Assembly: GCF_009914755.1 (NCBI RefSeq)
Contig: NC_060939.1
Source: the human T2T-CHM13v2.0 reference genome, Homo sapiens
Strand: one strand, 5' to 3'
DNA length: 64,000 bases
Part shown: positions 1-10,943 of the stretch, in pieces
Layout of the letters: each line of letters begins with the position of its first letter
Position numbering within the stretch: position 1 is the stretch's first letter
Made by a program: the position numbers and the translations under genes
Notes under the pieces: model-generated
Database searches by the model: none
Told to the model about the DNA's origin: nothing
The model's input: the letters and a program-made list of their open reading frames with translations, nothing else

Positions 1-503
1 AACGAAATCCTCAAAGCTATCCAAATATCCACTTGCAAATGCCACAAAAAGAGTGTTTCCAAACTGCTCTGTGAAAAGGAAGGTTCAACTCTGTTAGTTG
101 AGTACACACATCACAAAGAGGTTTCTCAGAATGCTGCTGACTAGTTTTTATTTGAAGATATTTCCCTTTTCACCTTAGGCCTAAGAGTGCTCGAAATGTC
201 CATTTCCACATACTCCACAAAGTGTGTTTCAAACGTGCTGTATGAAAGGGAATGTTCAACTCTATGAGTTGAATGCAAACATCACAAAGAAGATTCTGAG
301 AATGCTTTTGTCTAGATTTTATATGAAGATATTCCCGTGTCCAACGAAATTTTCAAAGGTCTCCAAATATCCATTTGTAGATTCTACAAAAAGAGTGTTT
401 CCAAACTGCTGTATCAAAACAAAGGTTGAACTCTGTGAGTTGAGGACACACATCACAAATAAGTTTCTGAGAATGCTTCTGTCTAGTTTTTATTTGAAGA
501 TGT

Positions 504-520
504 TTCCTTTTTCACCATAG
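504..520 (+). promoter_or_regulatory. pJ-alpha motif of A-type monomers (representative)
   Basis: ttcctttttcaccatag matches TTCCTTTTYCACCRTAG and occupies the CENP-B-box-equivalent position in alternate monomers. Confidence 0.8.
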
Positions 521-2034
521 GCCTGAAAGCGCTCGAAATGTCCACTTCCAGATAGTACAGAAAGAGTGTTTCAAACCTGCTCTATGAACGGGAATGTTCA
601 GCTCTGTGAGTTGAATGCAAACATCACAAAGCAGGTTCTGAGAATGCTTCCGTCTAGATTTTAAATGAGGATATTCCCGTTTCCAACGAAATCCTCGAAG
701 CTATCCAAATATCCACTTGCAGATTCCACAAAAAGAGTGTTTCAAAACTGCTCTGTCAAAAGATAGGTTCAACTCTGTTAGTTGAGTACACACATGGCAA
801 ACAAGATTCCGAGAATGCTTTCGTCTAGTTTTTTTGGGAAGATATTTCCTTCTTCACCATAGGCCTCAAAGCGCTCCAAATATCCATTTCCACATGCTAT
901 ACAAAGAGTGTCTCAAACCTGCTGTATGAATGGGAATGTTCAACTCTATGAGTTGAATGCAAACATCACAAAGCAGTTTCTGAGAATGCTGCTGTCTACT
1001 TTCTATTTGTAATCCCGTTTCCAACGAAATCCTCAGAACTATCGAAATTTCCAATTGCAGATTCCACAAAAAGCGTGTTTCAAAGCTGCTCTGTAAAAAG
1101 AAAGGTTCAACTCTGTTAGTTGAATACACACGTCACAAACAAGTTTCTGAGAATGCTTCTGTCTAGTTTTTATGGGAAGATATTTCCTTTTTCACCGTAG
1201 GCCTCAAAGCGCTCCAAATGTCCACTTCCACATACTACAAAAAGAGTGTTTCAAACCTGCTGTATGAAAGGGAATGTTCAACTCTATGAGTTGAATGCAA
1301 ACATTACAAAGAAGTTTCTGAGAATGCTTCTGTCTAGATTTTATATGAAGGTTTTCCCGTTTCCAACGAAATTTTCAATGCTCTCAAAATATCCACTTGT
1401 AGATTCTACAAAAAGAGTGTTTCCAAACTGCTGTGTCAAAAGAAAGGTTCAACTCTGTTAGTTGAGGACACACATCACAAATAAGTTTCTGAGAATGCTT
1501 CTGTCTAGTTCTTATTTGAAGACATTTCCTTTCTCACCTTAGGCCTGAAAACGCTCGAAATATCCACTTCCAGATACGACAGAAACAGTGATTCAAACCT
1601 GCTCTATGAAAGGGAATGTTCAACTAGGTGACTTGAATGCAAACATCACAAAGCAGTTTCTGAGAATGCTGCTGTCTACTTTCTATTTGTAATCCCGTTT
1701 CCAACGAAATCCTCAGAACTATCGAAATTTCCAATTGCAGATTCCACAAAAAGCGTGTTTCAAAGCTGCTCTGTAAAAAGAAAGGTTCAACTCTGTTAGT
1801 TGAATACACACGTGACAAACAAGTTTCTGAGAATGCTTCTGTCTAGTTTTTATGGGAAGATATTTCCTTTTTCACCGTAGGCCTCAAAGCGCTCCAAATG
1901 TCCACTTCCACATACTACAAAAAGAGTGTTTCAAACCTGCTCTATGATAGGGAATGTTGAAACCTATGAGTTGAATGCAAGCATTACAAAGAGGTTTCTG
2001 AGAATGCTTCTGTCTAGATTTTATATGTAGATAT

Positions 2035-2051
2035 TCCCGTTTCCAACGAAA
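2035..2051 (-). promoter_or_regulatory. CENP-B box (representative; about 200 in the window: 6 per 11-mer, 8 per 15-mer, 7 per 13-mer)
   Basis: The plus strand reads tcccgtttccaacgaaa, i.e. TTTCGTTGGAAACGGGA on the minus strand, matching YTTCGTTGGAARCGGGA. The total is extrapolated from the unit counts. Confidence 0.97.
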
Positions 2052-2096
2052 TCCTCAAAGCTATCCAAATATCAACTTGCAGATTCTACAAAAGGA

Positions 2097-3952
2097 ATGT
2101 TTCCAAAATGCTGTATCCAAACAAAGGTTCAACTCTGTGAATTGAGGGCATACATCACAAAGAAGATTCTGAGAATGCTTCTGTCTAGATTTTATATGAA
2201 AATATTCCCGTTTCCAACGAAATCCTCAAAGCTATCCAAATATCCACTTGCAAATGCCACAAAAAGAGTGTTTCCAAACTGCTCTGTGAAAAGGAAGGTT
2301 CAACTCTGTTAGTTGAGTACACACATCACAAAGAGGTTTCTGAGAATGCTGCTGACTAGTTTTTATTTGAAGATATTTCCCTTTTCACCTTAGGCCTAAG
2401 AGTGCTCGAAATGTCCATTTCCACATACTCCACAAAGTGTGTTTCAAACGTGCTGTATGAAAGGGAATGTTCAACTCTATGAGTTGAATGCAAACATCAC
2501 AAAGAAGATTCTGAGAATGCTTTTGTCTAGATTTTATATGAAGATGTTCCCGTGTCCAACGAAATTTTCAAAGGTCTCCAAATAAAGATTGTTTCCAAAC
2601 TGCTGTATCAAAACAAAGGTTGAACTCTGTGAGTTGAGGACACACATCACAAATAAGTTTCTGAGAATGCTTCTGTCTAGTTTTTATTTGAAGATGTTTC
2701 CTTTTTCACCATAGGCCTGAAAGCGCTCGAAATGTCCACTTCCAGATAGTACAGAAAGAGTGTTTCAAACCTGCTCTATGAACGGGAATGTTCAGCTCTG
2801 TGAGTTGAATGCAAACATCACAAAGCAGGTTCTGAGAATGCTTCCGTCTAGATTTTAAATGAGGATATTCCCGTTTCCAACGAAATCCTCGAAGCTATCC
2901 AAATATCCACTTGCAGATTCCACAAAAAGAGTGTTTCAAAACTGCTCTGTCAAAAGATAGGTTCAACTCTGTTAGTTGAGTACACACATGGCAAACAAGA
3001 TTGCGAGAATGCTTTCGTCTAGTTTTTTTGGGAAGATATTTCCTTCTTCACCATAGGCCTCAAAGCGCTCCAAATATCCATTTCCACATGCTATACAAAG
3101 AGTGTCTCAAACCTGCTGTATGAATGGGAATGTTCAACTCTATGAGTTGAATGCAAACATCACAAAGAAGTTTCTGAGAATGCTTCTGTCTAGATTTTAT
3201 ATGAAGGTTTTCCCGCTTCCAACGAAATTTTCAATGCTCTCAAAATATCCTCTTGTAGATTCTACAAAAAGAGTGTTTCCAAACTGCTGTATCAAAACAA
3301 AGGTTCATCTCTGTTAGTTGAGGACACACATCACAAATAAGTTTCTGAGAATGCTTCTGTCTAGTTCTTATTTGAAGACATTTCCTTTCTCACCTTAGGC
3401 CTGAAAGCGCTCGAAATACCCACTTCCAGATACTACAGAAACAGTGATTCAAACCTGCTCTATGAAAGGGAATGTTCAACTACGTGACTTGAATGCAAAC
3501 ATCACAAAGCAGTTTCTGAGAATGCTGCTGTCTACTTTCTATTTGTAATCCCGTTTCCAACGAAATCCTCAGAACTATCGAAATTTCCAATTGCAGATTC
3601 CACAGAAACAGGGTTTCAAAGCTGCTCTGTAAAAAGAAAGGTTCAACTCTGTTAGTTGAATACACACGTCACAAACAAGTTTCTGAGAATGCTTCTGTCT
3701 AGTTTTTATGGGAAGATATTTCCTTTTTCACGGTAGGCCTCAAAGCGCTCCAAATGTCCACTTCCACATACTACAAAAAGAGTGTTTCAAACCTGCTCTA
3801 TGATAGGGAATGTTGAAACCTATGAGTTGAATGCAAGCATTACAAAGAGGTTTCTGAGAATGCTTCTGTCTAGATTTTATATGTAGATATTCCCGTTTCC
3901 AACGAAATCCTCAAAGCTATCCAAATATCAACTTGCAGATTCTACAAAAGGA
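2097..3952. repeat. 11-mer HOR with 21-bp deletion, 1856 bp (pure block A, 'cacGgtag' variant at 3732)
   Basis: Anchor spacing is 1856 bp; deletion junction at 2584/2585. Confidence 0.95.
2206..2222 (-). promoter_or_regulatory. CENP-B box in the adjacent monomer (B-B pair, 171 bp apart, once per HOR)
   Basis: tcccgtttccaacgaaa at 2206, 171 bp after the box at 2035. Confidence 0.95.
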
Positions 3953-6900
3953 ATGTTTCCAAAATGCTGTATCCAAACAAAGGTTCAACTCTGTGAATTG
4001 AGGGCATACATCACAAAGAAGATTCTGAGAATGCTTCTGTCTAGATTTTATATGAAAATATTCCCGTTTCCAACGAAATCCTCAAAGCTATCCAAATATC
4101 CACTTGCAAATGCCACAAAAAGAGTGTTTCCAAACTGCTCTGTGAAAAGGAAGGTTCAACTCTGTTAGTTGAGTACACACATCACAAAGAGGTTTCTGAG
4201 AATGCTGCTGACTAGTTTTTATTTGAAGATATTTCCCTTTTCACCTTAGGCCTAAGAGTGCTCGAAATGTCCATTTCCACATACTCCACAAAGTGTGTTT
4301 CAAACGTGCTGTATGAAAGGGAATGTTCAACTCTATGAGTTGAATGCAAACATCACAAAGAAGATTCTGAGAATGCTTTTGTCTAGATTTTATATGAAGA
4401 TATTCCCGTGTCCAACGAAATTTTCAAAGGTCTCCAAATATCCATTTGTAGATTCTACAAAAAGAGTGTTTCCAAACTGCTGTATCAAAACAAAGGTTGA
4501 ACTCTGTGAGTTGAGGACACACATCACAAATAAGTTTCTGAGAATGCTTCTGTCTAGTTTTTATTTGAAGATGTTTCCTTTTTCACCATAGGCCTGAAAG
4601 CGCTCGAAATGTCCACTTCCAGATAGTACAGAAAGAGTGTTTCAAACCTGCTCTATGAACGGGAATGTTCAGCTCTGTGAGTTGAATGCAAACATCACAA
4701 AGCAGGTTCTGAGAATGCTTCCGTCTAGATTTTAAATGAGGATATTCCCGTTTCCAACGAAATCCTCGAAGCTATCCAAATATCCACTTGCAGATTCCAC
4801 AAAAAGAGTGTTTCAAAACTGCTCTGTCAAAAGATAGGTTCAACTCTGTTAGTTGAGTACACACATGGCAAACAAGATTGCGAGAATGCTTTCGTCTAGT
4901 TTTTTTGGGAAGATATTTCCTTCTTCACCATAGGCCTCAAAGCGCTCCAAATATCCATTTCCACATGCTATACAAAGAGTGTCTCAAACCTGCTGTATGA
5001 ATGGGAATGTTCAACTCTATGAGTTGAATGCAAACATCACAAAGAAGTTTCTGAGAATGCTGCTGTCTAGATTTTATATGAAGGTTTTCCCGCTTCCAAC
5101 GAAATTTTCAATGCTCTCAAAATATCCTCTTGTAGATTCTACAAAAAGAGTGTTTCCAAACTGCTGTATCAAAACAAAGGTTCATCTCTGTTAGTTGAGG
5201 ACACACATCACAAATAAGTTTCTGAGAATGCTTCTGTCTAGTTCTTATTTGAAGACATTTCCTTTCTCACCTTAGGCCTGAAAGCGCTCGAAATACCCAC
5301 TTCCAGATACTACAGAAACAGTGATTCAAACCTGCTCTATGAAAGGGAATGTTCAACTATGTGACTTGAATGCAAACATCACAAAGCAGTTTCTGAGAAT
5401 GCTGCTGTCTACTTTCTATTTGTAATCCCGTTTCCAACGAAATCCTCAGAACTATCGAAATTTCCAATTGCAGATTCCACAGAAACAGGGTTTCAAAGCT
5501 GCTCTGTAAAAAGAAAGGTTCAACTCTGTTAGTTGAATACACACGTCACAAACAAGTTTCTGAGAATGCTTCTGTCTAGTTTTTATGGGAAGATATTTCC
5601 TTTTTCACCGTAGGCCTCAAAGCGCTCCACATGTCCACTTCCACATACTACAAAAAGAGTGTTTCAAACCTGCTGTATGAAAGGGAATGTTCAACTCTAT
5701 GAGTTGAATGCAAACATTACAAAGAAGTTTCTGAGAATGCTTCTGTCTAGATTTTATATGAAGGTTTTCCCGTTTCCAACGAAATTTTCAATGCTCTCAA
5801 AATATCCACTTGTAGATTCTACAAAAAGAGTGTTTCCAAACTGCTGTGTCAAAAGAAAGGTTCAACTCTGTTAGTTGAAGACACACATCACAAATAAGTT
5901 TCTGAGAATGCTTCTGTCTAGTTCTTATTTGAAGACATTTCCTTTCTCACCTTAGGCCTGAAAACGCTCGAAATATCCACTTCCAGATACGACAGAAACA
6001 GTGATTCAAACCTGCTCTATGAAAGGGAATGTTCAACTAGGTGACTTGAATGCAAACATCACAAAGCAGTTTCTGAGAATGCTGCTGTCTACTTTCTATT
6101 TGTAATCCCGTTTCCAACGAAATCCTCAGAACCATCGAAATTTCCAATTGCAGATTCCACAGAAACAGGGTTTCAAAGCTGCTCTGTAAAAAGAAAGGTT
6201 CAACTCTGTTAGTTGAATACACACGTCACAAACAAGTTTCTGAGAATGCTTCTGTCTAGTTTTTATGGGAAGATATTTCCTTTATCACGGTAGGCCTCAA
6301 AGCGCTCCAAATGTCCACTTCCACATACTACAAAAAGAGTGTTTCAAACCTGCTCTATGATAGGGAATGTTGAAACCTATGAGTTGAATGCAAGCATTAC
6401 AAAGAGGTTTCTGAGAATGCTTCTGTCTAGATTTTATATGTAGATATTCCCGTTTCCAACGAAATCCTCAAAGCTATCCAAATATCAACTTGCAGATTCT
6501 GCAAAAGGAATGTTTCCAAAATGCTGTATCCAAACAAAGGTTCAACTCTGTGAATTGAGGGCATACATCACAAAGAAGATTCTGAGAATGCTTCTGTCTA
6601 GATTTTATATGAAAATGTTCCCGTTTCCAACGAAATCCTCAAAGCTATCCAAATATCCACTTGCAAATGCCACAAAAAGAGTGTTTCCAAACTGCTCTGT
6701 GAAAAGGAAGGTTCAACTCTGTTAGTTGAGTACACACATCACAAAGAGGTTTCTGAGAATGCTGCTGACTAGTTTTTATTTGAAGATATTTCCCTTTTCA
6801 CCTTAGGCCTAAGAGTGCTCGAAATGTCCATTTCCACATACTCCACAAAGTGTGTTTCAAACGTGCTGTATGAAAGGGAATGTTCAACTCTATGAGTTGA

Positions 6901-9517
6901 ATGCAAACATCACAAAGAAGACTCTGAGAATGCTTTTGTCTAGATTTTATATGAAGATATTCCCGTGTCCAACGAAATTTTCAAAGGTCTCCAAATATCC
7001 ATTTGTAGATTCTACAAAAAGAGTGTTTCCAAACTGCTGTATCAAAACAAAGGTTGAACTCTGTGAGTTGAGGACACACATCACAAATAAGTTTCTGAGA
7101 ATGCTTCTGTCTAGTTTTTATTTGAAGATGTTTCCTTTTTCACCATAGGCCTGAAAGCGCTCGAAATGTCCACTTCCAGATAGTACAGAAAGAGTGTTTC
7201 AAACCTGCTCTATGAACGGGAATGTTCAGCTCTGTGAGTTGAATGCAAACATCACAAAGCAGGTTCTGAGAATGCTTCCGTCTAGATTTTAAATGAGGAT
7301 ATTCCCGTTTCCAACGAAATCCTCGAAGCTATCCAAATATCCACTTGCAGATTCCACAAAAAGAGTGTTTCAAAACTGCTCTGTCAAAAGATAGGTTCAA
7401 CTCTGTTAGTTGAGTACACACATGGCAAACAAGATTGCGAGAATGCTTTCGTCTAGTTTTTTTGGGAAGATATTTCCTTCTTCACCATAGGCCTCAAAGC
7501 GCTCCAAATATCCATTTCCACATGCTATACAAAGAGTGTCTCAAACCTGCTGTATGAATGGGAATGTTCAACTCTATGAGTTGAATGCAAACATCACAAA
7601 GAAGTTTCTGAGAATGCTGCTGTCTAGATTTTATATGAAGGTTTTCCCGCTTCCAACGAAATTTTCAATGCTCTCAAAATATCCTCTTGTAGATTCTACA
7701 AAAAGAGTGTTTCCAAACTGCTGTATCAAAACAAAGGTTCATCTCTGTTAGTTGAGGACACACATCACAAATAAGTTTCTGAGAATGCTTCTGTCTAGTT
7801 CTTATTTGAAGACATTTCCTTTCTCACCTTAGGCCTGAAAACGCTCGAAATATCCACTTCGAGATACGACAGAAACTGTGATTCAAACCTGCTCTATGAA
7901 AGGGAATGTTCAACTAGGTGACTTGAATGCAAACATCACAAAGCAGTTTCTGAGAATGCTGCTGTCTACTTTCTATTTGTAATCCCGTTTCCAACGAAAT
8001 CCTCAGAACTATCGAAATTTCCAATTGCAGATTCCACAGAAACAGGGTTTCAAAGCTGCTCTGTAAAAAGAAAGGTTCAACTCTGTTAGTTGAATACACA
8101 CGTCACAAACAAGTTTCTGAGAATGCTTCTGTCTAGTTTTTATGGGAAGATATTTCCTTTTTCACCGTAGGCCTCAAAGCGCTCCAAATGTCCACGTCCA
8201 CATACTACAAAAAGAGTGTTTCAAACCTGCTGTATGAAAGGGAATGTTCAACTCTATGAGTTGAATGCAAACATTACAAAGAAGTTTCTGAGAATGCTTC
8301 TGTCTAGATTTTATATGAAGGTTTTCCCGTTTCCAACGAAATTTTCAATGCTCTCAAAATATCCACTTGTAGATTCTACAAAAAGAGTGTTTCCAAACTG
8401 CTGTGTCAAAAGAAAGGTTCAACTCTGTTAGTTGAGGACACACATCACAAATAAGTTTCTGAGAATGCTTCTGTCTAGTTCTTATTTGAAGACATTTCCT
8501 TTCTCACCTTAGGCCTGAAAACGCTCGAAATATCCACTTCCAGATACGACAGAAACAGTGATTCAAACCTGCTCTATGAAAGGGAATGTTCAACTAGGTG
8601 ACTTGAATGCAAACATCACAAAGCAGTTTCTGAGAATGCTGCTGTCTACTTTCTATTTGTAATCCCGTTTCCAACGAAATCCTCAGAACTATCGAAATTT
8701 CCAATTGCAGATTCCACAAAAAGCGTGTTTCAAAGCTGCTCTGTAAAAAGAAAGGTTCAACTCTGTTAGTTGAATACACACGTCACAAACAAGTTTCTGA
8801 GAATGCTTCTGTCTAGTTTTTATGGGAAGATATTTCCTTTTTCACCGTAGGCCTCAAAGCGCTCCAAATGTCCACTTCCACATACTACAAAAAGAGTGTT
8901 TCAAACCTGCTCTATGATAGGGAATGTTGAAACCTATGAGTTGAATGCAAGCATTACAAAGAGGTTTCTGAGAATGCTTCTGTCTAGATTTTATATGTAG
9001 ATATTCCCGTTTCCAACGAAATCCTCAAAGCTATCCAAATATCAACTTGCAGATTCTACAAAAGGAATGTTTCCAAAATGCTGTATCCAAACAAAGGTTC
9101 AACTCTGTGAATTGAGGGCATACATCACAAAGAAGATTCTGAGAATGCTTCTGTCTAGATTTTATATGAAAATATTCCCGTTTCCAACGAAATCCTCAAA
9201 GCTATCCAAATATCCACTTGCAAATGCCACAAAAAGAGTGTTTCCAAACTGCTCTGTGAAAAGGAAGGTTCAACTCTGTTAGTTGAGTACACACATCACA
9301 AAGAGGTTTCTGAGAATGCTGCTGACTAGTTTTTATTTGAAGATATTTCCCTTTTCACCTTAGGCCTAAGAGTGCTCGAAATGTCCATTTCCACATACTC
9401 CACAAAGTGTGTTTCAAACGTGCTGTATGAAAGGGAATGTTCAACTCTATGAGTTGAATGCAAACATCACAAAGAAGATTCTGAGAATGCTTTTGTCTAG
9501 ATTTTATATGAAGATAT

Positions 9518-9534
9518 TCCCGTGTCCAACGAAA
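9518..9534 (-). promoter_or_regulatory. Variant CENP-B box (tcccgtGtccaacgaaa), once per HOR
   Basis: The substitution lies outside the nine core positions nTTCGnnnnAnnCGGGn. Confidence 0.85.
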
Positions 9535-10201
9535 TTTTCAAAGGTCTCCAAATATCCATTTGTAGATTCTACAAAAAGAGTGTTTCCAAACTGCTGTATC
9601 AAAACAAAGGTTGAACTCTGTGAGTTGAGGACACACATCACAAATAAGTTTCTGAGAATGCTTCTGTCTAGTTTTTATTTGAAGATGTTTCCTTTTTCAC
9701 CATAGGCCTGAAAGCGCTCGAAATGTCCACTTCCAGATAGTACAGAAAGAGTGTTTCAAACCTGCTCTATGAACGGGAATGTTCAGCTCTGTGAGTTGAA
9801 TGCAAACATCACAAAGCAGGTTCTGAGAATGCTTCCGTCTAGATTTTAAATGAGGATATTCCCGTTTCCAACGAAATCCTCGAAGCTATCCAAATATCCA
9901 CTTGCAGATTCCACAAAAAGAGTGTTTCAAAACTGCTCTGTCAAAAGATAGGTTCAACTCTGTTAGTTGAGTACACACATGGCAAACAAGATTGCGAGAA
10001 TGCTTTCGTCTAGTTTTTTTGGGAAGATATTTCCTTCTTCACCATAGGCCTCAAAGCGCTCCAAATATCCATTTCCACATGCTATACAAAGAGTGTCTCA
10101 AACCTGCTGTATGAATGGGAATGTTCAACTCTATGAGTTGAATGCAAACATCACAAAGAAGTTTCTGAGAATGCTGCTGTCTAGATTTTATATGAAGGTT
10201 T

Positions 10202-10218
10202 TCCCGCTTCCAACGAAA
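10202..10218 (-). promoter_or_regulatory. CENP-B box variant (tcccgCttccaacgaaa), block A specific
   Basis: The minus strand reads TTTCGTTGGAAGCGGGA, which still matches the R position of the consensus. Confidence 0.9.
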
Positions 10219-10943
10219 TTTTCAATGCTCTCAAAATATCCTCTTGTAGATTCTACAAAAAGAGTGTTTCCAAACTGCTGTATCAAAACAAAGGTTCATC
10301 TCTGTTAGTTGAGGACACACATCACAAATAAGTTTCTGAGAATGCTTCTGTCTAGTTCTTATTTGAAGACATTTCCTTTCTCACCTTAGGCCTGAAAGCG
10401 CTCGAAATACCCACTTCCAGATACTACAGAAACAGTGATTCAAACCTGCTCTATGAAAGGGAATGTTCAACTATGTGACTTGAATGCAAACATCACAAAG
10501 CAGTTTCTGAGAATGCTGCTGTCTACTTTCTATTTGTAATCCCGTTTCCAACGAAATCCTCAGAACTATCGAAATTTCCAATTGCAGATTCCACAGAAAC
10601 AGGGTTTCAAAGCTGCTCTGTAAAAAGAAAGGTTCAACTCTGTTAGTTGAATACACACGTCACAAACAAGTTTCTGAGAATGCTTCTGTCTAGTTTTTAT
10701 GGGAAGATATTTCCTTTTTCACCGTAGGCCTCAAAGCGCTCCAAATGTCCACTTCCACATACTACAAAAAGAGTGTTTCAAACCTGCTCTATGATAGGGA
10801 ATGTTGAAACCTATGAGTTGAATGCAAGCATTACAAAGAGGTTTCTGAGAATGCTTCTGTCTAGATTTTATATGTAGATATTCCCGTTTCCAACGAAATC
10901 CTCAAAGCTATCCAAATATCAACTTGCAGATTCTACAAAAGGA

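Larger units (their letters stand above)
1..2096. repeat. 13-monomer HOR variant (2215 bp; first ~119 bp lie outside the window)
   Basis: Relative to the 15-mer, 342 bp (2 monomers) are missing, with a fusion junction within 953-973. The fusion creates the unique 87-aa ORF at 866..1129. Confidence 0.9.
9067..10943. repeat. 11-monomer HOR unit, 1877 bp (representative; 10 copies starting at 9067, 16037, 20471, 24905, 29318, 33731, 40701, 47671, 53961, 58374)
   Basis: Anchor-to-anchor spacing is 1877 bp. Six CENP-B boxes lie at 9176, 9518, 9860, 10202, 10540 and 10882 (spacings 342, 342, 342, 338, 342, 171). The unit holds a single 'A' 4-mer block. The unit phase is arbitrary. Confidence 0.95.

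Noticed and set aside
130-190. Short palindromes (actagt, aggcct, tctaga, agcgct) as possible recombination or hairpin sites
   Set aside because: These 6-bp palindromes are part of the ordinary monomer sequence, and I saw no long inverted repeat.
866-1129. Unique 87-aa minus-strand ORF (also 63091..63354)
   Set aside because: It is a by-product of the 13-mer fusion junction removing a stop codon.
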